A model generated the notes under the pieces. That model was not told where the DNA came from and ran no database searches. It worked only from the letters and a program-made list of their open reading frames with translations. From a virus (taxonomy: Duplodnaviria; Caudoviricetes), in IMG/VR virus record IMGVR_UViG_3300038330_000010, positions 1 through 51,576 of that record: a stretch of DNA of 51,576 bases. One strand, given 5' to 3'. Each line of letters begins with the position of its first letter. Position 1 is the stretch's first letter. Positions 6,020 through 15,799 of this stretch are shown here, piece by piece. Position numbers and translations under genes: made by a program.

Positions 6020-6532
6020 ATGTATGGACCAATAGCAAGGGAACAAGGCCACGAAAGGAGAGCCCAATTGTATTCCCCACCAGCAGAACTGCCTACTCAG
6101 GCAGAAGTAGAGGCCACAAGGCCTAGCAAGCAGAAGGCTAAGAGGAAAAGGCGACAGCGAGGCATTGAAGAGGCCGTTGTGCAGGCCATGACTCACAGAG
6201 TCGGCTTGCACACGACCGCTCCCGATGTGATGGAGAATCTGCCGAAAGGCCAGTTCAACCCGCCGCTCACAAGGCAGCAGGTTCTCACTGCCTTCAACCA
6301 TCTAGCCAAGAAGGGCGTGGTGCATCGAGTCACAGGCGGCGTCTATGTCTATAGGCCCAGTCTGGATGACATAGCCCCTCAGCCTGCTATTGCACCGCCG
6401 TCTACCCAACTGAATAGCCATCTCTACGAGGCAATCGGTACACTGTCCAACGGGACTCTCATAGTTCGGTCGGATGATGGCCAACTGTTCGTAGCCCTTC
6501 CCCTAGAGGAGTATTTCAATGCCCAATCCTGA
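6020..6532 (+). CDS. Winged-helix DNA-binding protein
   Basis: LTRQQVLTAFNHLAKKGVVHRVTGGVYVY wHTH pattern; start codon uncertain. Confidence 0.6.
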   Translation: MYGPIAREQGHERRAQLYSPPAELPTQAEVEATRPSKQKAKRKRRQRGIEEAVVQAMTHRVGLHTTAPDVMENLPKGQFNPPLTRQQVLTAFNHLAKKGVVHRVTGGVYVYRPSLDDIAPQPAIAPPSTQLNSHLYEAIGTLSNGTLIVRSDDGQLFVALPLEEYFNAQS

Positions 6533-7028
6533 GTACCCTGACCTCAACATTCCACTGCTTCGCAAGACAGTGGAGTGGGTAGAGGAGCAAGAGGAGCTAG
6601 ACACCAGAGAGGCCGAGGACTGGGTCACAGAGTCACAGGTCAAGTGGAATCAGGAGAGCTGGTTTCACGGCACGATCACTGGCAAGGAAATCGAAGCCGT
6701 TACCCTATACAACGAGGTGATGAAGGCTTATGAGGTATGTGATACCACATACTGCTTCGCTGGCAAGATCGTGCTGGACACAGGCCAGTGGATGCCAATC
6801 ATTCTGTTCAGCCCCGGGGACGAGAACAACCTGATTGGCAGCGAATGGGGCTCAGGCAGCATTGTGAACAAGGAGACGGGCAGGATATCGGACGTAATGC
6901 TCGAGGCCTGTCGTCTGCTAGGACTCAGTGAGGATCCACTCGTTGATGGCCTTAATCTGTTCTCAGGATCCAACTCAGCCAGTCAGATCAGGTCCATCGC
7001 TGAGATAATGGCAGGAGAGAAGCTATGA
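6519..7028 (+). CDS. Hypothetical phage protein (W.Q..W / C.T..C.AG motif)
   Basis: GAGGAG RBS; motif typical of actinophage early proteins. Confidence 0.7.
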   Translation: MPNPEYPDLNIPLLRKTVEWVEEQEELDTREAEDWVTESQVKWNQESWFHGTITGKEIEAVTLYNEVMKAYEVCDTTYCFAGKIVLDTGQWMPIILFSPGDENNLIGSEWGSGSIVNKETGRISDVMLEACRLLGLSEDPLVDGLNLFSGSNSASQIRSIAEIMAGEKL

Positions 7029-7345
7029 ACGGCATATTCGTACACGGCACAAGACCAAAGTCCAAGCGGGAAATCAGGGACATAGTGATGGGTGCCCAAG
7101 ACCCATCACAACTCCCCCTGGATGATGGTCATCTCCATGACCTCTACTGTGTGGTCATTGAGGACACGACCCCGGAGTTCCTACCGCATGATGAGTTCGA
7201 CGGCTCTCTTGCTGAGGCCAATCGAGTTAACTACAAAGGCCCTGTCGCTTTCGTGGGACCTGATCCCTATACCAACAGGAAGTTCTACGGGACTCTTGAA
7301 CTCCTCAGGAAAGGTGATGGCTCAGAGAGGTGGGTAGTGAAGTGA
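7025..7345 (+). CDS. Hypothetical protein
   Basis: ATGA overlap, AGGAG RBS. Confidence 0.7.
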   Translation: MNGIFVHGTRPKSKREIRDIVMGAQDPSQLPLDDGHLHDLYCVVIEDTTPEFLPHDEFDGSLAEANRVNYKGPVAFVGPDPYTNRKFYGTLELLRKGDGSERWVVK

Positions 7346-7722
7346 ACACCGCATCAAGAAAAGCTGGATCCGGTGTCATCTCCCCTGCTCACGATAAATC
7401 GGTGGGCGTCCGCATTGCTTGGATCCGGAGCACCTAAGGTATGAATGAGGATCGATCTTACCCGACCGTCGTCATAATACCTATTGACCTGATACAAAAA
7501 AAAGGAATGAGGTGTGGATCCGGAACCCTATGCACCTGCTAAGCAACGACTGCCTATCGCGGAGGAGCCCGCTCCCTGGGGCGGGAGGCTACCTCCCCGC
7601 TAGGCAAAGTCTAGCAGCGTGCGGCAAACCGGGCAAATACCATAATGCCAATAACAACTACACCATATCTGGATTGGAAACTCAGAGAAGCGGCCATTGA
7701 AATCGAAAGGACCTTTTTCAAC

Positions 7723-8001
7723 ATGGCATACCCGAAGAAAAGCCAGTACGTGGTCTTGAACCACAGCAACAACGGAGTATTAGTAGCCTGCCTGGTGCAG
7801 GCCGATAGTCAGGAGGAAGCGGTAGAGCGTCGAGCAAAGAGGTTGGGGACAAACAACACCTCAATCTTTGCGGTTTCAGGTGTCGTGCCCTCAGAGTACG
7901 GGGCAGGTGGTTCGTATCTGCATCCCGTAGACTTCGTGCCCCCGCCTCAGCCCAAGACTCAGGTAGTGGTGGGCTCTAGCCCACTGAGAAATCTGGAGTG
8001 A
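7723..8001 (+). CDS. Hypothetical protein
   Basis: GAAAGGA RBS before ATG 7723 (the ORF is open from 7645). Confidence 0.6.
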   Translation: MAYPKKSQYVVLNHSNNGVLVACLVQADSQEEAVERRAKRLGTNNTSIFAVSGVVPSEYGAGGSYLHPVDFVPPPQPKTQVVVGSSPLRNLE

Positions 8002-8381
8002 GCCTGGAGAACGTACCTGATCGTATCTGGTTCTTACTGATCGGTCTGGTCATATTCGCCATAACGTTGTGGCTATACCAGGGCTGGAACCGGGCTGAGA
8101 GGGTCCTTAACCGTGTCACAACGTTAATTACGGTCGAGAGCCCTCACTACTGCGGTACCTGCATGCTGACCAATTGGGAGTTCAGCCTGCCGGAGGATCA
8201 CTTTCCGCCATGGTTGCATAAGTCCGCAGACAATATGAGGCAGATGCCATACGGAACAGCGTACATTACAGACCATGAGTACCATCCCGTGTATCTGGTA
8301 GATATAGCCAAACTGACTCGGGATCCGGAGTCCTGGGAGCAGTATGGGCGCCATCTACATCTACGCTCCCCCAGGGTATGA
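7998..8381 (+). CDS. Membrane protein
   Basis: N-terminal TM helix IWFLLIGLVIFAITLWLY. Confidence 0.7.
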   Translation: MSLENVPDRIWFLLIGLVIFAITLWLYQGWNRAERVLNRVTTLITVESPHYCGTCMLTNWEFSLPEDHFPPWLHKSADNMRQMPYGTAYITDHEYHPVYLVDIAKLTRDPESWEQYGRHLHLRSPRV

Positions 8382-8803
8382 AACTTACGGCCGAACAGAG
8401 GGAGGCAGTTAGGCGTTTGCAGATGGAGCATCTAACCCCGACCTCATACCTGAAAATACTGGACACTGAAGCCTATATCGAGGGATTATGGCGTGAGTCT
8501 GCCGAGTGTGTTCAGGTATGCAAGGACTATCCAGATCAGTATAACCCGAACGAGTGGTTCCCTATGGATCAGGGCCCCAATAAAGCAGACCACGTCCCCA
8601 TGAAAGTGAGGGCCATTTGCAACGACTGTGAGGTACGTCTACCCTGCCTTGCTTATGCCATTCAGACTAGACAGGAGAACGGTGTATGGGGTGGGCGAAC
8701 AATCAAGTCGGTTCGAAGCATACGAACCCGATTGCTCGAGGCCTTAGCTCAGATGAACCAGACAGACAGGGGGCCTAGACAAGCAGGAAGCAAGCACAAC
8801 TAG
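8378..8803 (+). CDS. whiB: WhiB-family Fe-S transcription factor
   Basis: AEC...WFP...ICNDCEVRLPCLAYA...GVWGG; the family is characteristic of actinobacteria and their phages. Confidence 0.92.
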   Translation: MKLTAEQREAVRRLQMEHLTPTSYLKILDTEAYIEGLWRESAECVQVCKDYPDQYNPNEWFPMDQGPNKADHVPMKVRAICNDCEVRLPCLAYAIQTRQENGVWGGRTIKSVRSIRTRLLEALAQMNQTDRGPRQAGSKHN

Positions 8804-8805
8804 CC

Positions 8806-9081
8806 ATGCCTAAAGAACACCATCCACTGTTTTTGGGAGCGAGTACCGTTCCCGATCATCTCAAGGATGCAGTGGTAAGGCACAAGGGAATAGACTGGTA
8901 CGGGTACATAGCCCACGTAGAGAGAAGGAGGAACTACGATCTGATAGACCCTGAGGCAGAGCCAACGGAGACCCTGCTGTGGGTAGTCTATCCGCCTGAG
9001 CCCGGCGGTAAGGGCAAGCAGAAAGAGTGGACGGCAGGAGGATCAACTCCTGACGAGCTAGCAGTAAGGAGAAAGAAATGA
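8806..9081 (+). CDS. Hypothetical protein
   Basis: ORF track, operon packing. Confidence 0.6.
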   Translation: MPKEHHPLFLGASTVPDHLKDAVVRHKGIDWYGYIAHVERRRNYDLIDPEAEPTETLLWVVYPPEPGGKGKQKEWTAGGSTPDELAVRRKK

Positions 9082-9683
9082 GAGTGAGTGGAATAACTGA
9101 TTTTCAGGAGTCACGGGACGGGATTGTCAAGGACATCATCCTGAAGTCGTCAGAGGGCCTACAACATGGTCTGATCTGCAACGGCAATTGGTTGGTTCTC
9201 GACTCAAAGAGCCCCACAGCTAGGCTGTTGAACAACACAGGCTGGACTGACCACGAGTTCTTCAGCCTCTTGGACCCAAACAATAAGGACGAGCATTACA
9301 AGGAGGACGAGTACGGGGTTCTCTTTACGGTGCCTATTGGTAACAAGGAGCGAGTCCAGATGGTCGAAGATGCCTTGACCGCAAAGAGGTGTGCGGAAGG
9401 GGAGCTGATGTTGAACACGGTCCTGCTTGATGGGACCCAGAACGACTACGAGTTGGCCAAGAACGCTGTGACCGAGTATCTAAAGGTGGATGGTCTTGAG
9501 CCTAACGAGGATGGTGATTGTCTCACGGTGAACATAGGAGGGGAGCATCGGTGCATGCCTGATCAAATTGCCCACTGGAACGACGATCACATGGTACCTA
9601 CCACAATTCGTTCTGAGGACGAGGCCATTCAGATTGGCACTCAGATGGCAGAGACATTCCGTGCTGCCGCTGATAGGCTCTAG
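9078..9683 (+). CDS. Hypothetical acidic protein
   Basis: AAGGAG RBS, ATGA overlap. Confidence 0.7.
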   Translation: MRVSGITDFQESRDGIVKDIILKSSEGLQHGLICNGNWLVLDSKSPTARLLNNTGWTDHEFFSLLDPNNKDEHYKEDEYGVLFTVPIGNKERVQMVEDALTAKRCAEGELMLNTVLLDGTQNDYELAKNAVTEYLKVDGLEPNEDGDCLTVNIGGEHRCMPDQIAHWNDDHMVPTTIRSEDEAIQIGTQMAETFRAAADRL

Positions 9684-9687
9684 GCTC

Positions 9688-9936
9688 ATGGCATCGAGAG
9701 CAGAGGAAAGAGAGGCTCGATACGAGTCGGTCAAGGTTAAGGTCTGGGCAGTCAAGGGACCGAGAGGTCAACTGCATATCCAGTCTGAGATCCAGCCGCT
9801 AGGTGCGACACTGGTAACAGTGGTCTATCCTGGCAGTAAGACAGAAGGAGGTGAGTTCCTATTCACTACATGGGAAGACGTAAAGGCCTTTGTAGTCCGT
9901 ACGATTACAGCGGCACTAGAGGAAGGAAGAGTATGA
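9688..9936 (+). CDS. Hypothetical protein
   Basis: MASRAEE start within the 9568..9936 ORF. Confidence 0.55.
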   Translation: MASRAEEREARYESVKVKVWAVKGPRGQLHIQSEIQPLGATLVTVVYPGSKTEGGEFLFTTWEDVKAFVVRTITAALEEGRV

Positions 9937-10496
9937 GGCGATTTGCAGCAGCAGTAGCCGCCCTGATTTTAGCCATGATTTTGTTCGTGGCTATGGGCGG
10001 GAATGCATTAGCCGATGGGTACCAGCACCCAACCACAACAACCTATGAGACAACCACAACAACCTATGAGACCACAACAACCTATGAGACAACCACAACT
10101 ACAACCACAACAACTACGACCACGTTGCCAACGACTACCACTACTGAGGCGACGACGACTACGGCACCGACCACTACGACCACAACTACGTTGCCGACAA
10201 CCTCGTCAACACAGCCAGTGGTGACTCTCCCCCCGAGAGTGCCAGATCCAGTTGGTGGGTTTCCCCTGCCGTCAGAGCCTCGGATTGAGTACCCACTGCC
10301 ATCGGATAGGTCAGCAGTAGCGCCAACGACTACTCTTGACCCGTCTGTGGAGGTACTGCCCTTCACTGGGCCTGAGGAAGATGCCATGAGAGATAGGCAG
10401 AGAGAGGCTCTCATAGCTGGCACGGCTATCGTGTCAGGTGTGATACTTCTGGGCTGGAATGCCGTAACGAAGCGGGAGGAAGACGAGGTCGAGTGA
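9933..10496 (+). CDS. Secreted Thr-rich protein with LPxTG sortase-type anchor
   Basis: Signal peptide MRRFAAAVAALILAMILFVAMGGNALA, poly-Thr stalk, LPFTG (10356-10370), TM helix, KR tail. Confidence 0.85.
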   Translation: MRRFAAAVAALILAMILFVAMGGNALADGYQHPTTTTYETTTTTYETTTTYETTTTTTTTTTTTLPTTTTTEATTTTAPTTTTTTTLPTTSSTQPVVTLPPRVPDPVGGFPLPSEPRIEYPLPSDRSAVAPTTTLDPSVEVLPFTGPEEDAMRDRQREALIAGTAIVSGVILLGWNAVTKREEDEVE

Positions 10497-10576
10497 GCCT
10501 CGCAGAGAAAGTAGGATTGGCATTCATCGCTATCGCCCTGATAGCGGTGATTGCCATCCTCATTATCAAATCTTGA
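10493..10576 (+). CDS. 27-aa single-TM peptide
   Basis: GTGA overlap; MSLAEKVGLAFIAIALIAVIAILIIKS*. Confidence 0.55.
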   Translation: MSLAEKVGLAFIAIALIAVIAILIIKS

Positions 10577-10605
10577 CCTTTGTATAAGGTTCACGTCCGT
10601 CCAGT

Positions 10606-10635
10606 TTCACCATCCGGTGCCGGGCGTGCTATATT
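10606..10635 (+). promoter_or_regulatory. Promoter for the 10680 gene
   Basis: TTCACC-18 nt-TATATT with an extended TG. Confidence 0.6.
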
Positions 10636-10679
10636 GACGACGCAGAGAAGCAGCATCCGCCACCCAGAAAGGAGAGCTA

Positions 10680-11114
10680 ATGGCTCGCAAAGCTGCTACC
10701 GTAGACGACATCGAGGCCCTCGATCTTGAGGAGTTCGACGACGCCGACGAGGTAGAGGAAGCCGCCGCTACAAAGAAGGGCAAGTCGAAGTCCAAGAAGG
10801 ACTCGACACCCAAGGGAATCGGTGCATCACAATTGGCCGAGCACCTTGGTGCAGAGCCCAAGACATTCCGTGCCTGGCTTCGCAGGAAGCAGGCCGACGA
10901 CAACAGCGGAATCGACTTCCCTCACGATGCCAAGACCCGTTACGACTTCGGAGCCAGCTTCGATTCACCGCTCGCCAAGAGTGTGATCAAGGCTTGGAAC
11001 TCCGAGTCGCATGAGAAGGGCGCAGGTATCGAGAAGGCTCAGGCTGCTCGCAAGGCGAAGCAAGCCGCAGCCAAAAAGACTGGCACTGGTGCCAAAAAGA
11101 AGGTCGCCAAGTAA
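10680..11114 (+). CDS. Nucleoid-protein-like HTH DNA-binding protein with acidic N-terminus and Lys/Ala tail
   Basis: AGAAAGGAG RBS; GASQLAEHLGAEPKTFRAWLRR core related to 3043 and 1375. Confidence 0.8.
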   Translation: MARKAATVDDIEALDLEEFDDADEVEEAAATKKGKSKSKKDSTPKGIGASQLAEHLGAEPKTFRAWLRRKQADDNSGIDFPHDAKTRYDFGASFDSPLAKSVIKAWNSESHEKGAGIEKAQAARKAKQAAAKKTGTGAKKKVAK

Positions 11115-11138
11115 CCCAAGCCCTTGGCAACCTGAGAC

Positions 11139-11196
11139 AAGCCTCTCTCGCCTTCCCTCAGCCCCCACTGAATCCCAGGTGAGAGAGGCTTTTCTC
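11139..11196 (+). terminator. Intrinsic terminator
   Basis: AAGCCTCTCTCGCCT...AGGTGAGAGAGGCTT followed by TTCT. Confidence 0.75.
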
Positions 11197-11246
11197 ATGG
11201 GTGAACCGCATCTGCTACGCTTAATATACCGGCATAAGGAGTAATT

Positions 11247-11441
11247 TTGACGGCACGTGCCAGTGTCAAAGAGCCTAGCCTTGAACATTTTGTGACCACT
11301 CGGGAGGTCGCCGAGATGTATGGGGTTACACAAGTAGAGGTCCAGAGAGCGATCAAGCGTGGTCACTTACGGGCTCAAAAGGTTGGCGGGTACTTCTACC
11401 TGATCTGGGAGCCCAGCCTTCCTGAACTCTTTCCCCGATAG
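11247..11441 (+). CDS. Excisionase/MerR-like HTH protein
   Basis: VTTREVAEMYGVTQVEVQRAIKRGHLRAQKVGG...I. Confidence 0.85.
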   Translation: MTARASVKEPSLEHFVTTREVAEMYGVTQVEVQRAIKRGHLRAQKVGGYFYLIWEPSLPELFPR

Positions 11442-11443
11442 CG

Positions 11444-13426
11444 GTGCTGCCAGCAGAATTCCTGCACCTCATTTGGGGTGACCAGAAGGGGTACGTCTTT
11501 CTCCCTACTAAGGGGGCTAAGTGGTATGAGGGTGAGGCATACAACTGGCCAAGTGACGCCGCTATCGTTGAGGCTCACGTTGAGCGGTACGCCAAGACAA
11601 GGGACGTTTACTACTGCCCTAACCTGTTCACTGAACCGATACGCCGTCAGGAATATGTCAAGAATCCTCGATGGTTGTACGCAGACCTAGACAATGTGAA
11701 CCCGGCCAAGCTGGAGATACGACCACAGCTTGCAGTCCAGTCTAGTCCAGGTAGATGGCAAGCATTGTGGAAACTTGCTCGGGCAGTAGAACCGCAAAAA
11801 CATTCGGATTACAACCAGAGGCTGACCTATGCAATCGGTGCTGATAGAGGTGGATGGGATCTCACACAGGTACTTCGTGTACCAGGAACCCGAAACCGAA
11901 AGTACCCCGGGAAGACCAGAGTCCGACTTCATTGGTCCGATACTGGCACTTCAAACCTACCACAGATACACAAGTTCCTTAGAGGAGTTGAGCGACATGG
12001 TGACGCAGGGGCTGGCGTTGCTGACCTACTTCTACCTTCGGAATCTGTTGCCGAGATACGAAAACGGGTATGGGGACACCTGGATAATCGTACAAAGGCA
12101 TTACTACAATCGACCTCACCTGACGAGATGGTGGGCGATGAAGGAAGGAGCGGAGTATTATGGGAACTAGAGTGTCGGCTCCTGGAGGTAGGTCTAGCTC
12201 CCGAGGAGGTCTTCCTTGTCGTTAAAGATTCGGTCTGGAACAAGTTCGGAGAACGTCGGGATGGAGATACTGTCCTCTGGCGAGAAGTGCAGAAGGCTGT
12301 TCTGCACGTTGGCCGTGTCGTCACCCCTATTGTGGCATCAGCTAACGGTCGAGCTTCACGTGCCCGGCCGCTTCTGTTCACCTACTCTGACATCCTCTCG
12401 TCACCCGTTAGAGAACCTGAGTGGGGGATCGAGGATTACTGGACGCTTGGCTCACATGGCATTGTCGCTGGTTTACCAAAGTCCTACAAGAGTCTCCTCA
12501 CTATGGATATGGCCGTTTCTCTTGCGAGCGAAACGGAATTTATGGGGCAGTTCGGCATTAATCCGAAGGCAGTGGGTCCAGTTCTTGTGGTCCAACAAGA
12601 AAACTCCCGCCCCCTCATTCGTGACCGTCTCCTTAAGATTAGCCACAGCCGCGGGTTGCAGACAGGTTCCAGCTCCATAAAGGACAATGATGTGGTTGTC
12701 TTCCGCTCTCCCCCTTCCATACCTGTGATTTTCTACAACGACTTCGGCTTTGATATGACCATGCCTGACGATCAAGATACCGTCGAGGAAGTGATGCGCC
12801 AGGAGGGGGTGCGTACCGTAATCTTTGATCCACTATACCTGATGATGGGCGGCGCTGATGAAAACAAGGCTCAGGAAGTACGTCCGATACTTCAATGGCT
12901 ACTACGACTTCGGAACCTTTATGACTGTTCGGTCATGGTCGTGCACCATTGGGGGAAGAAAACTGAGGGTCGGACTGGACGTGGTATGGGTGGTCAAAAA
13001 CTTATCGGTTCCCAAACCATCTATGCTTGGTTGGAAGCGGCACTTTACATGGAGGCGCACCACTATGACGATGCACCTATCCAAGTGGTCATTGAGCGGG
13101 AGTTTAGGGAGAGGCCTCCCTCTGCACCTGCCGCATTTAATCTCACACTGGGTGATGTTGGAGAACTCGGGTATGATTGGTCCCCTGGAGGGATTAAAGG
13201 TACGTCCAATCAATTCATCGAGGCTGTTGCATCGGCAGGCGCAGCAGGAGCTACGCTGATTCACCTCCGCAAGGAGACTCAGTGGGGGCAGAAGAAAACC
13301 AGAGTTATGCTCGACAACCTGATCGAAAAGGGGCTATTGGTCGAGCGTAAACAAGGATCAACACGCAGGTTCTTCCTGCTTGGGAAGGAGGATAGTGGCC
13401 CGGAGCAGACCCCTAGTGTTGGATAA
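11444..13426 (+). CDS. RepB-like primase fused to a RecA-like (AAA_25) helicase
   Basis: LYADLD, SSPGRWQALW, LRVPGTRN (RepB primase); GLPKSYKS Walker A, VIFDPLY, VVHH; C-terminal wHTH. Confidence 0.9.
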   Translation: MLPAEFLHLIWGDQKGYVFLPTKGAKWYEGEAYNWPSDAAIVEAHVERYAKTRDVYYCPNLFTEPIRRQEYVKNPRWLYADLDNVNPAKLEIRPQLAVQSSPGRWQALWKLARAVEPQKHSDYNQRLTYAIGADRGGWDLTQVLRVPGTRNRKYPGKTRVRLHWSDTGTSNLPQIHKFLRGVERHGDAGAGVADLLLPSESVAEIRKRVWGHLDNRTKALLQSTSPDEMVGDEGRSGVLWELECRLLEVGLAPEEVFLVVKDSVWNKFGERRDGDTVLWREVQKAVLHVGRVVTPIVASANGRASRARPLLFTYSDILSSPVREPEWGIEDYWTLGSHGIVAGLPKSYKSLLTMDMAVSLASETEFMGQFGINPKAVGPVLVVQQENSRPLIRDRLLKISHSRGLQTGSSSIKDNDVVVFRSPPSIPVIFYNDFGFDMTMPDDQDTVEEVMRQEGVRTVIFDPLYLMMGGADENKAQEVRPILQWLLRLRNLYDCSVMVVHHWGKKTEGRTGRGMGGQKLIGSQTIYAWLEAALYMEAHHYDDAPIQVVIEREFRERPPSAPAAFNLTLGDVGELGYDWSPGGIKGTSNQFIEAVASAGAAGATLIHLRKETQWGQKKTRVMLDNLIEKGLLVERKQGSTRRFFLLGKEDSGPEQTPSVG

Positions 13427-13853
13427 GAAAGGCCGACCCACAGTCGAGGCCAACACTCAGAAGCCGAAGTGGAAGCTGATAATCAAGGACAGAGAGACTG
13501 GCAAGCGGAGCCAGAAGATATACAAGTCCTACAAGAAAGCGAGGAAGCAAGCGAATTGGATAACGCAGTATCATGGAGACAAATTTGAGGCCTGTGTCGT
13601 CAGCAGGAGCATGGGATACGGACCCCCTTACAGCAAGGTAACGGACAAACAGTTGCTGGCCCAAAATGAGAACGGCAAATACTGGTGCCCATACTGTAGG
13701 AAATTCCGTAGCTTTCTGTGGTCTCCCCGCATGGAGGCCCGGCTGTGTGAGTTCTGCCATATTCCAGACACCGAGTGGCACGTCCACATGTGCAACCCGA
13801 TTCTCTGGGAGAGGTCCTATTTCAAGAAGATGTTTTACGGAGGTGAAATGTGA
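13416..13853 (+). CDS. Basic protein with C-terminal Zn finger
   Basis: CPYC...CEFC; start approximate. Confidence 0.65.
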   Translation: MLDKKGRPTVEANTQKPKWKLIIKDRETGKRSQKIYKSYKKARKQANWITQYHGDKFEACVVSRSMGYGPPYSKVTDKQLLAQNENGKYWCPYCRKFRSFLWSPRMEARLCEFCHIPDTEWHVHMCNPILWERSYFKKMFYGGEM

Positions 13854-14320
13854 GCCAGTTTGATGTGGTAATGGAGCGACTCGACTCCATCGACAAGACC
13901 CTATCTAAGGTGAGGAACTCTATTGGGTTCATTACTGCCTACATAGAGGATCAAAGGAGAGAGGAAGAGGCAGATCACTTGTTCGGTGAGGATCCATTCG
14001 ATCAAGCGGACTATAGCCCAAGGCATGCTACTTTACCGGCCACAGATGAACCTGTCATCCGTGCTGTCCTGCCTGGTGCTACCCGGACTCGGGTTGAGGC
14101 CCTTGACGAGACAGGTGTTACCGTTGAGGTACCGATGGATGAGCTTGACCCGTTCTATCAGGCTCTTATCAAAGAGTCGGTCAAGCAAGCGACCTGGTTT
14201 CAGGTTTATCGGGATAGTGCAGCTGGACCATGGAAGATCACTGCCGATGATACGGTACTTGATGCGGTACGCAAGTCAGGCATCTCACCAGCGGCGAATC
14301 GCCCTGATCTGACCGAGTGA
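13850..14320 (+). CDS. Hypothetical protein
   Basis: GGAGGTG RBS, GTGA overlap. Confidence 0.7.
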   Translation: MSQFDVVMERLDSIDKTLSKVRNSIGFITAYIEDQRREEEADHLFGEDPFDQADYSPRHATLPATDEPVIRAVLPGATRTRVEALDETGVTVEVPMDELDPFYQALIKESVKQATWFQVYRDSAAGPWKITADDTVLDAVRKSGISPAANRPDLTE

Positions 14321-15759
14321 AGTTCAAGCCTAAGGTCAAGCCGTACAAACACCAGCGGGAGGGGTTGAGATGGCTATGGAAACAAGAGAAGGGTGGCGCC
14401 TTCTTCTGGGATCCGGGTACAGGCAAAACGAAGGGAGCCTATGATTATGTCTCAGCCAGTTACCTATACAGGCAAGTGCGTCGTGTGCTGGTCGTCTGTC
14501 CGATTAATGCAGTCCAGGTATGGGACGACCAAGCTGATAGGCATATCCCTGATCCGATCACATTTCAGGTCTTTATACCAGAGGGCACTATCGCTGGAAA
14601 GACAGATCAAATCCGTGCGATCCCACGTGGAGGCAGTGAACTTACCATCCTCATAGTCAACTACTCCGCCATTATTAAGCGGGATAAGCGGTGGGACATA
14701 ATGAGGGCCCTGAAGGCATATGCCCCTGATATACTGATACTGGATGAGTCACACCACATCAAAAACGCGACCGCCAAACAGAGCAAGGCAGCGCATGAAA
14801 TTGCAGGAGTGGCCAGGTTTAGGTTGTTACTTACGGGTACACCTATCGGCAAAAACAACTTGGACCTTTACAGCCAGCTCAAAGCCATCGACCCACAGAT
14901 TTGGAAAGCAAAGTGGACACGAACAGGAGTAATGTCGTGGACCGATTTCAGGAACAACTATGCCATCTATGGTGGCAGGAGCGGATATGAGATACGTGGC
15001 TATATTAACGTGGACGATCTCCGAAACCGATTTACACCCTACATTCGGTCTGCCCGCAAAGAGGATATCCTCGATATGCCGAAGGTCACCGACTCGATTA
15101 TTCCTGTCGACCTCTCACCTACGGTCAAGCGTGCCTACAACATTTTTTCTCAGGAAGGACTTATTGTCTGGCGAAGGCATCTTATTGAGGCTCCAATCCC
15201 CCTTACGAAACTCCTCAGGCTGCAACAGATAACAGGAGGCTGGGTACACGATGAACAAGGAGAATCCGTTGCGATACATATGGAAAAGATTGCGGTACTT
15301 ACCGACCTACTGGAGGACTTTCGATCAACTGGAAGACGAGTTCTGGTTTTCGCCCGTTTCCTCTCGGAGATTGCGGCGATTGTGGCGGCGGCTGACAAGA
15401 TATACCCCCGAACCTTCGAGATTAGGGGAGGTGTCTCTGCCGAATCTCGCCGATCAATTGTACGAGCTTTCTCCAACGGAAGTCCCGCTGTTCTTGTCAT
15501 CCAGTCAGCATCCGCCGAGGCTCTTGATGGACTCCAAACTGATTGTGCCGAAGCCATCTTCTACTCCACCGACTACTCTCTCATCCATTGGTCGCAGGCA
15601 CGGGGAAGACTGGACCGATCTGGACAACGACAGCCTGTGACCTTCTACCATCTGCACGTTCGGGGTACTGTGGACAACATGGTCTTTACTGCCCTGAAGG
15701 AGAAGAAAAACCTGGAAAAAATGGTGATGGATGACCCCAGCATCCTGATAAGCCGTTAG
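14317..15759 (+). CDS. SNF2-family helicase
   Basis: DPGTGKT, LDESH, LLTGTP, LLRLQQI, QARGRLDRSGQ. Confidence 0.93.
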   Translation: MKFKPKVKPYKHQREGLRWLWKQEKGGAFFWDPGTGKTKGAYDYVSASYLYRQVRRVLVVCPINAVQVWDDQADRHIPDPITFQVFIPEGTIAGKTDQIRAIPRGGSELTILIVNYSAIIKRDKRWDIMRALKAYAPDILILDESHHIKNATAKQSKAAHEIAGVARFRLLLTGTPIGKNNLDLYSQLKAIDPQIWKAKWTRTGVMSWTDFRNNYAIYGGRSGYEIRGYINVDDLRNRFTPYIRSARKEDILDMPKVTDSIIPVDLSPTVKRAYNIFSQEGLIVWRRHLIEAPIPLTKLLRLQQITGGWVHDEQGESVAIHMEKIAVLTDLLEDFRSTGRRVLVFARFLSEIAAIVAAADKIYPRTFEIRGGVSAESRRSIVRAFSNGSPAVLVIQSASAEALDGLQTDCAEAIFYSTDYSLIHWSQARGRLDRSGQRQPVTFYHLHVRGTVDNMVFTALKEKKNLEKMVMDDPSILISR

Positions 15760-15768
15760 TGTTATAAT
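15760..15768 (+). promoter_or_regulatory. Extended -10 promoter for the nucleotide-metabolism operon
   Basis: TGtTATAAT in an AT-rich gap before GTG 15800. Confidence 0.6.
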
Positions 15769-15799
15769 ATACCACGATATATATTCTGGAAGGAGTAGC

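Noticed and set aside
10031-10200. ACAACC-type tandem repeats as a CRISPR array or VNTR element
   Set aside because: They encode the Thr stalk; there is no repeat-spacer structure.
11247-11441. Excisionase implying an integrating prophage
   Set aside because: No tyrosine or serine integrase was recognised; this HTH is common beside phage primases.
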